Source of the DNA: Eledone cirrhosa
Taxonomy: Eukaryota
Length of the DNA: 64,000 nt
Reading direction: 5' to 3'
Assembly (NCBI GenBank): GCA_964016885.1
Contig: OZ024741.1
Span: 182,094,001 to 182,158,000 of the forward strand
Each line of letters begins with the position of its first letter. The first letter of the stretch is position 1. Shown here piece by piece: positions 58,203-64,000 of the stretch. Below the pieces are notes generated by a model. That model did not search any database. It was not told the DNA's origin and saw only the letters and a program-made list of their open reading frames with translations. The translations under genes and the position numbers were made by a program.

Positions 58203-61200
58203 ATGCTGCCCTCTTACCAGCACTTTCCCTTCCAACCACACACACCTAACCCTAACCCTAACCCTAACCCTAACCCTAACCCTAACCCTAACCCTAACCC
58301 TAACCCTAACCCTAACCCTAACCCACCCCTGATGCCGCTCGGTGCCCCAGTCCCCGGGCCCACGCCCCATCCCCCACCCCTCCAAATCAACACCTGCAGC
58401 ACTTGCGGCACTACTAACAAACGGAAGAGGGGCCGGAACTGTTTGGGGTGCGGCTGCTTCGACCACCTCACCTGCGTTGGCTTGACTCGTCGAGCTTCCA
58501 ATGCCTTCGCAGTGTGGAGGTGCAGGAGCTGCCTCTTCCCCACGTCTTCCCAGCCACGGCCGTCTGGCACACCACCAGATGGGACAGCGAGCTTGCCTGA
58601 CGCCCGAGCCTCGCTGGTCAACATCGCTCGGCTCAGGCGGCTCCGGAAGATCCCACTCAGGATCCCGAGAGCGGCACGGGTGCTGGCGGCCGATGCCCTC
58701 GCTTCCTCGATTGAGACCGCCCTGGACTCCAATCGAGCCAGTGACTGGGAGCGGCTGTTCTATTTCGCGCCACTCGCCCTCAGCCTCCCCACCTCTGGCA
58801 GCAGCCTTCGCCAAGGCTAATGTCTCGTCATTTGGGCGAGCGCCCATTCCAGGCCTGCCCAGGGACGCCACACACCACACCCTCAGGTACCCCCTATCCT
58901 CCACCCCCGAGGCCAGCGCCAAGCGTTTACGTGACCAGGTAAACGCAAAGCTTATCATGGGTGATGTCTCGGCCGCAGTCAGAGTTGTTGCCTCAGAGGA
59001 CACTGTCCTCCAAACCACCGAGGAGATCCTGGCTGCTCTGCGGCTCAAACACCCTGAGCCACCCTCTGATCTCAGACCCATACCCCCACCCGGCCCCACC
59101 TGCTCCTTGTGGCTACTGATGCAGATATCATGTCCGCCATCAGGTCCTTCCCAGCTAGAATGCGGAGGTGTTGATGGTCTCCGACCAGGCCACCTCAAGG
59201 AGTTGACAAATTCCCTCTGAGGCCGGGCGCCGCCTTCTGAGTGCAATTGTGGCGCTCACCAATAGGCTCATTCATCGTGCCCTCGACCCTTACGCCCGAG
59301 GCCTCGTTTTTTCGGCCAGCCTCACCGCTCTCAGGAAGAAATAGGGTGGCATACGCCCCATTGCTGTGGGCAATGTCTTCCGGAGGCTGGCTGCCAAGGT
59401 GATTTGCAAGTCCGTGACAAATGAACTGGGTGAGGAGTTTAGTCCGGTGCAACTGGGTGTCGGCGTGTCCGGTGGCTGTGAGGGAGCCTCTCATGCAATC
59501 AGGCAGTTCTTCAGCAGCTGCCCATCGGTACCGGTATCCAGGGACTCCAGGCACCTCATTGTCAAGCTTGACATGAGGAATGCCTTCAACTCTTTACGCC
59601 GGGATCATCTGCCCGAGGCCTGCCTCAGCCGAGCCCCCTCTTCCTACTCGCTGGCCTACCTGTCATATGGAGCCCCGAGCATGCTCCTAGCTGCTGATAC
59701 GGTCATACCCTCGGCTACTGGGGTCCAACAGGGCGACCCTTTGGGACCCCTCCTGTTCGCCCTTGGTATTGACCACATCGCCCGGAGTATCACGGCCCCT
59801 CTCAACGTTTGGTATCTGGATGATGCTACGTTGGGCGGGCCCGTACGGACGGTCTGCCAAGACCTTCAATCGGTGATTCCTGCCCTGGCGGGAATCGGCC
59901 TCCAGGTCAACTCGGCCAAGTCGGAGTTAGTGAACGTCAGCCTCGATGCTGTGAGCTTTGCAGCCTCCGTCTTGGACGTGCGGTCCATTCTCCACCAGGT
60001 TTAGGTGACCCCCAAAGAGGATGTCCTCATCCTCGGGTCACCGATCCACCCGCCGGCCGTCCGCTCCACCATCAGGTCCAGGCTTCAACAGCTTCAGACT
60101 CTCACGAGCCGACTGGGCTTGATTGACGGTCACCCAGCTCTCTTTCTGCTGAAGAACTGCTTCGCCATGCCGAAGCTCCTCTATACACTCCGCAGCGCTC
60201 CATGCTGCACCCAGACATGTCTCCTCGCTGACCTCCATACTTGTATCCGAGCAGCAGTCGAGGGGATATGCAACGTCAAGTTTGACGTCATAGGGTGGCA
60301 ACAGGCCACTTTACCGATCAGGTATGGCGGCCTAGGCCTCCGGTCCCCGATCTCACTAGCTTTGCCGGCGTATCTTTCGTCGGTAACCTCGTGCCGCGTC
60401 CTTGTCAGCAAGGTTCTTCAAAACAACAGAACCCTCTGTATTCAGAGAACGTGAGGCCGCCTGTGAGACGTGGGACCGGCGGGGACTTAGCCCAGTAGAT
60501 GTCCCTCCACCTTCTTCCACTGTTGACGTCAAGTCCCCCCAAGATGCGATCCAGTGCAGCCTGGCCTCAGACAGGCTCACGCGCCAGCTCGACCAGCACC
60601 GCCTTGCTTGTTTTCGTGCGGCCTCCAAACCCCACAGTGGTACGTGGCTCCATGCTCTGCCCTCCTTCTCCACTGGCACGCAGCTAGACAACCATAGCCT
60701 GCGAATTGGCGTTTCCCTGAGGCTCGGCCACACCAATGTCGCTGCGGTTCCACCGTGGACTCTTTCGGCCTCCACCCGCTTTCCTGTCGCCACAGTGCCG
60801 GCTGCCATCCACGCCATACTGCCCTCGACGAGGTCATTAAGCATGGCTTGGACGCTGCAGGCTTCCCTACCCAGCTCGAGCCGGTGGGGCTGGATCGAGG
60901 GGACGGCAAAAGACCAAATGGCATGACCATCTACCCGTTCCGCGGTGGCAAACCCCTCGACTGGGATGCCACTTGCACCGACACTTTCTGCAGCTGCAAC
61001 CTGGTGCAGTCTGCGACTGACCCAGGTTCTGCTGCACGTCGGTCTGAGGGGGCCAAACTCCTCAAATACCGGTCGCTCTCCGACAGGTTTGCGGTCGTTC
61101 CCCTGGCAGTGGAAACTTCTGGTGTCCTCGGCCCCAGAGCTACCTCCTTACTCACCACCATAGTCGCTGAGCTGGCCAGCCGTAGGTGTGCGCCCCGCGA

Positions 61201-61312
61201 GTTGGAGTGGCTTTTCCAGCGCGTCTCCCTTGCCGTCCTCGGGGAAACGCCTTCTCCATTCTGTCCGCCGGGGCTGTGGGTGGGCCCCATCGCGTACCAT
61301 TACATTAGTTAA
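58203..61312 (+). pseudogene. Disrupted single ORF of the CRE-like retrotransposon
   Basis: ORF-track pieces 58203-58820, 58501-59220, 59366-60004, 60005-60454, 60402-60926 and 60755-61312 join into one PHD-RT-RLE polyprotein. Confidence 0.85.
58245..58322. repeat. Interstitial telomeric repeat (CCCTAA)13
   Basis: 13 perfect cctaac units, the complement of the TTAGGG telomere repeat. Confidence 0.97.
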
Positions 61313-61347
61313 ATACCATTCTTTCATCTCACACACTTATATATACA

Positions 61348-61420
<73 letters not shown>

Positions 61421-61682
61421 TAAAATAACAGATATATATTTATCCTTATCGAGCCCTCTTTGGATTTTAGTCTTCAAATTTATTATTATTACTATATATA
61501 TATATATATAAAGGTTTACATAAGGTTTACGAAGGGCTGCTTTCGGTTATTTGTCGGAGATTTCTTCAGAGAAGCCTTTATTCTTATAGCATGGTATAAT
61601 CGATTTTTTATATGGTTAATTATGGTAATTGGGAGAGGAAATGGTATATATTTTATCTGGTGATTCTATAGACATGTTTTAT

Positions 61683-61786
<104 letters not shown>

Positions 61787-61802
61787 TATGTGTGTGTGTA
61801 AA

Positions 61803-61834
<32 letters not shown>

Positions 61835-62202
61835 CGTATATATGTGTGTGTGTGTGTGTATAGATATGTGTGTGTGTGATTACACACACACATTTATAAA
61901 TGGATATACGAATACGTACATATTTGTATGTATGTACGTATGCATACATGCCTAAATGTGCGTTCACAATTTTAAAATGTATTATTAGCTCACATCCGAA
62001 ATTGGCAGTATTTTAAATAAACGTATTTGTATTGATCAGATATGTAAATGAACGCGTTCAGAACAATTAAGTAATGACATAGATAAATATTGATAAGTTG
62101 TACACTTCTATTGAACCTGTGTGTGAACAAAACCTCCGGAAGTGTGTGTCTACGCATACACGCATAAATATGAATATACAAATACATATAAATTACACAT
62201 AC

Positions 62203-62251
<49 letters not shown>

Positions 62252-62255
<4 letters not shown>

Positions 62256-62453
62256 AACAAGTATGACCCCGACGGCAGAGCTCAAGCCGTTTCGACGGCT
62301 AATTCTGAACTCGCGTCCAGAATTAGCCGTCGAAACGGCTTGAGCTCTGCCGTCGGGGTCATACTTGTTCCTATTACCCACTCTACTACCCTAAGTATTG
62401 AGTATTCTGTCGCGTTATGGTCCATCTGGTTCCTTACCACATTTCCTTCGTTA
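62252..62453 (+). mobile_element. Family B element with inverted terminal duplication
   Basis: Palindrome centred on ctgaactcgcgtccag; same body; in (TA)n. Confidence 0.85.
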
Positions 62454-62603
62454 TATATATATATATATATATATATATGAATGTACGTATTCATAGTGAA
62501 AGGCCTTCAAAATGTTTTTAAATAAACATACAGTATATTATTAAACATACAATACGTATACGTACAATCCTATATACATCGGTATTTCAGCGCTCCAACA
62601 TAA

Positions 62604-62654
<51 letters not shown>

Positions 62655-63111
62655 TTGAGCTTTCTTTGTTGTGTAGCATAATCAATATATACTTTATATG
62701 TATAGATTAAACCTGATTATAGTATATAACTGCTCCAAATTTTAAAAATGTTGTGTTATCCTATAGGGACCGTTTTGGCTATTCTCTTTAGCGCTTTTTA
62801 GGACCAGTCATGCAAAATATCTGTCCTTTTGTAAGACGTTAGTTTTAACACCGTGTGCTTTTAGTCAGGTGTCTTGCTTGGACAGATAGCTAGTTAATGT
62901 GCAGTGTGAGATGTATATAAAAAAGACCAAGCTCTTTCTAGATTGGAATTTTCTGTAGACTTAATGATGTTTATTACAAAAATCGATAAGTGGTGATTGA
63001 TACCAATCATTGAAATCGATTATAAACATCGTGTTCTAGATTCCATGAAACGGCCGTGCGCGAGTTTTTGTTGTTCTATATATATATATGTCAATAATAC
63101 AAAATGTTTCC

Positions 63112-63196
<85 letters not shown>

Positions 63197-63911
63197 AAAG
63201 TATGTGTTCCTGCACATAAATAATACACATAGGGATACAAGTATAGTCCGACCGTATGCATGTGTGGTGCAATGGCAAGTTAATAAATTAACAAGCCTTC
63301 TGACGAGGATCTCTTTCTCAATAGAAACCCGCTTGGATTATCTATTTGTTTGGGGATCTGAAACTGCGGTAAAGGCACATATAGTAAGTACAGTGAACTT
63401 TTTGAAATTTATTTTAACATTTTTTCTTTATTTGCTTTTCCTTGATTTTATATATATATATTGTTATACTTTGGGAGGGTCATGTTGCTAATAAGAAACA
63501 CACGCACCAGCTGCTTTCACTTCAATTTATTATAATAAATTTATAAATTTAGGAATTTATAAATTTCCGGTTGGTTGGTTGGTTCCACAACCAGATGATT
63601 GTTCATATATTTTCAAAGTATAACAATATCGGTTTCAACACACGTTTTCAGATAAAGAATCTTGCTAAATAAATTCAGAAACGATATATATATATACATA
63701 TATATATATGCTTCCCTCAGATTTTGCACTCAATCCTTTCCTCTTACCTATATCGGTATCTGATATTTCTAGTCTAACCAACTCGCGAACTGAACAAGAT
63801 GGTTTGCTGATGCTTTAACTGAGTTTGCTTATAGACAGGTTCCCCTCCCAATACATTCTCATACATTGTTCCAAAAAGACATGGGTCGGTTCAGGTTATA
63901 GGAGAACTCAC

Positions 63912-63950
63912 GCCTTTGTTTGCTTCTCATTAAGAGAACACTGCTAAAAA
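63912..63950 (-). other. Candidate 39-nt micro-exon
   Basis: Minus strand ctttctttctatttcAG acceptor, 39 nt open in one frame (FSSVLLMRSKQR), GTGAGT donor. Confidence 0.25.
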
Positions 63951-64000
63951 CTGAAATAGAAAGAAAGTTTTAGTTAATTGAGCTTTGATTTCCTACTTCC

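Larger units (their letters stand above)
58100..61335 (+). mobile_element. CRE-clade non-LTR retrotransposon (PHD finger, RT, RLE), near full length, disrupted
   Basis: GC-rich island; GGIRPIAVG, KLDMRNAFNS, GVQQGDPLGPLLFAL, WYLDD, QATLPIRYGGLGL, CRH..RH, EPxGLDRGDGKRPNG..WDAT; stops at 59342 and 60002 and several frameshifts. Confidence 0.9.

Noticed and set aside
58125-59246. 373-aa minus-strand ORF and other antisense ORFs at 58-61 kb
   Set aside because: Shadow ORFs of a GC-rich retrotransposon; no independent motifs
63298-63340. CTGACGA..GAAA hammerhead candidates here and at about 61540-61575 (-)
   Set aside because: Stems I and III cannot be formed convincingly

Overview
AT-rich, microsatellite-saturated animal genomic DNA. 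The repeat repertoire suggests an octopod cephalopod, which is an inference. No host protein-coding gene is confidently visible, and nearly all ORF-track entries are translations of simple repeats. The window is a transposon landscape with six main components: (i) a near full-length but disrupted CRE-clade (RT + restriction-like endonuclease) retrotransposon at about 58.1-61.3 kb, with a perfect (CCCTAA)13 telomeric tract and a PHD finger at its 5' end, plus three 3' fragments of related elements; (ii) an RTE-type LINE with an inverted endonuclease half; (iii) more than ten copies of a tRNA-headed SINE; (iv) nested non-autonomous Helitrons; (v) a 3.1-kb 42-bp minisatellite; and (vi) most notably, several unrelated short non-coding element families inserted in (TA)n tracts. 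Many of the families in (vi) are fold-back palindromes and carry complete, degenerate or half hammerhead ribozyme motifs (Penelope pLTR/retrozyme-like), including a 428-bp partially tandem hammerhead unit. All alignments and foldings were done by eye, so boundaries are approximate.
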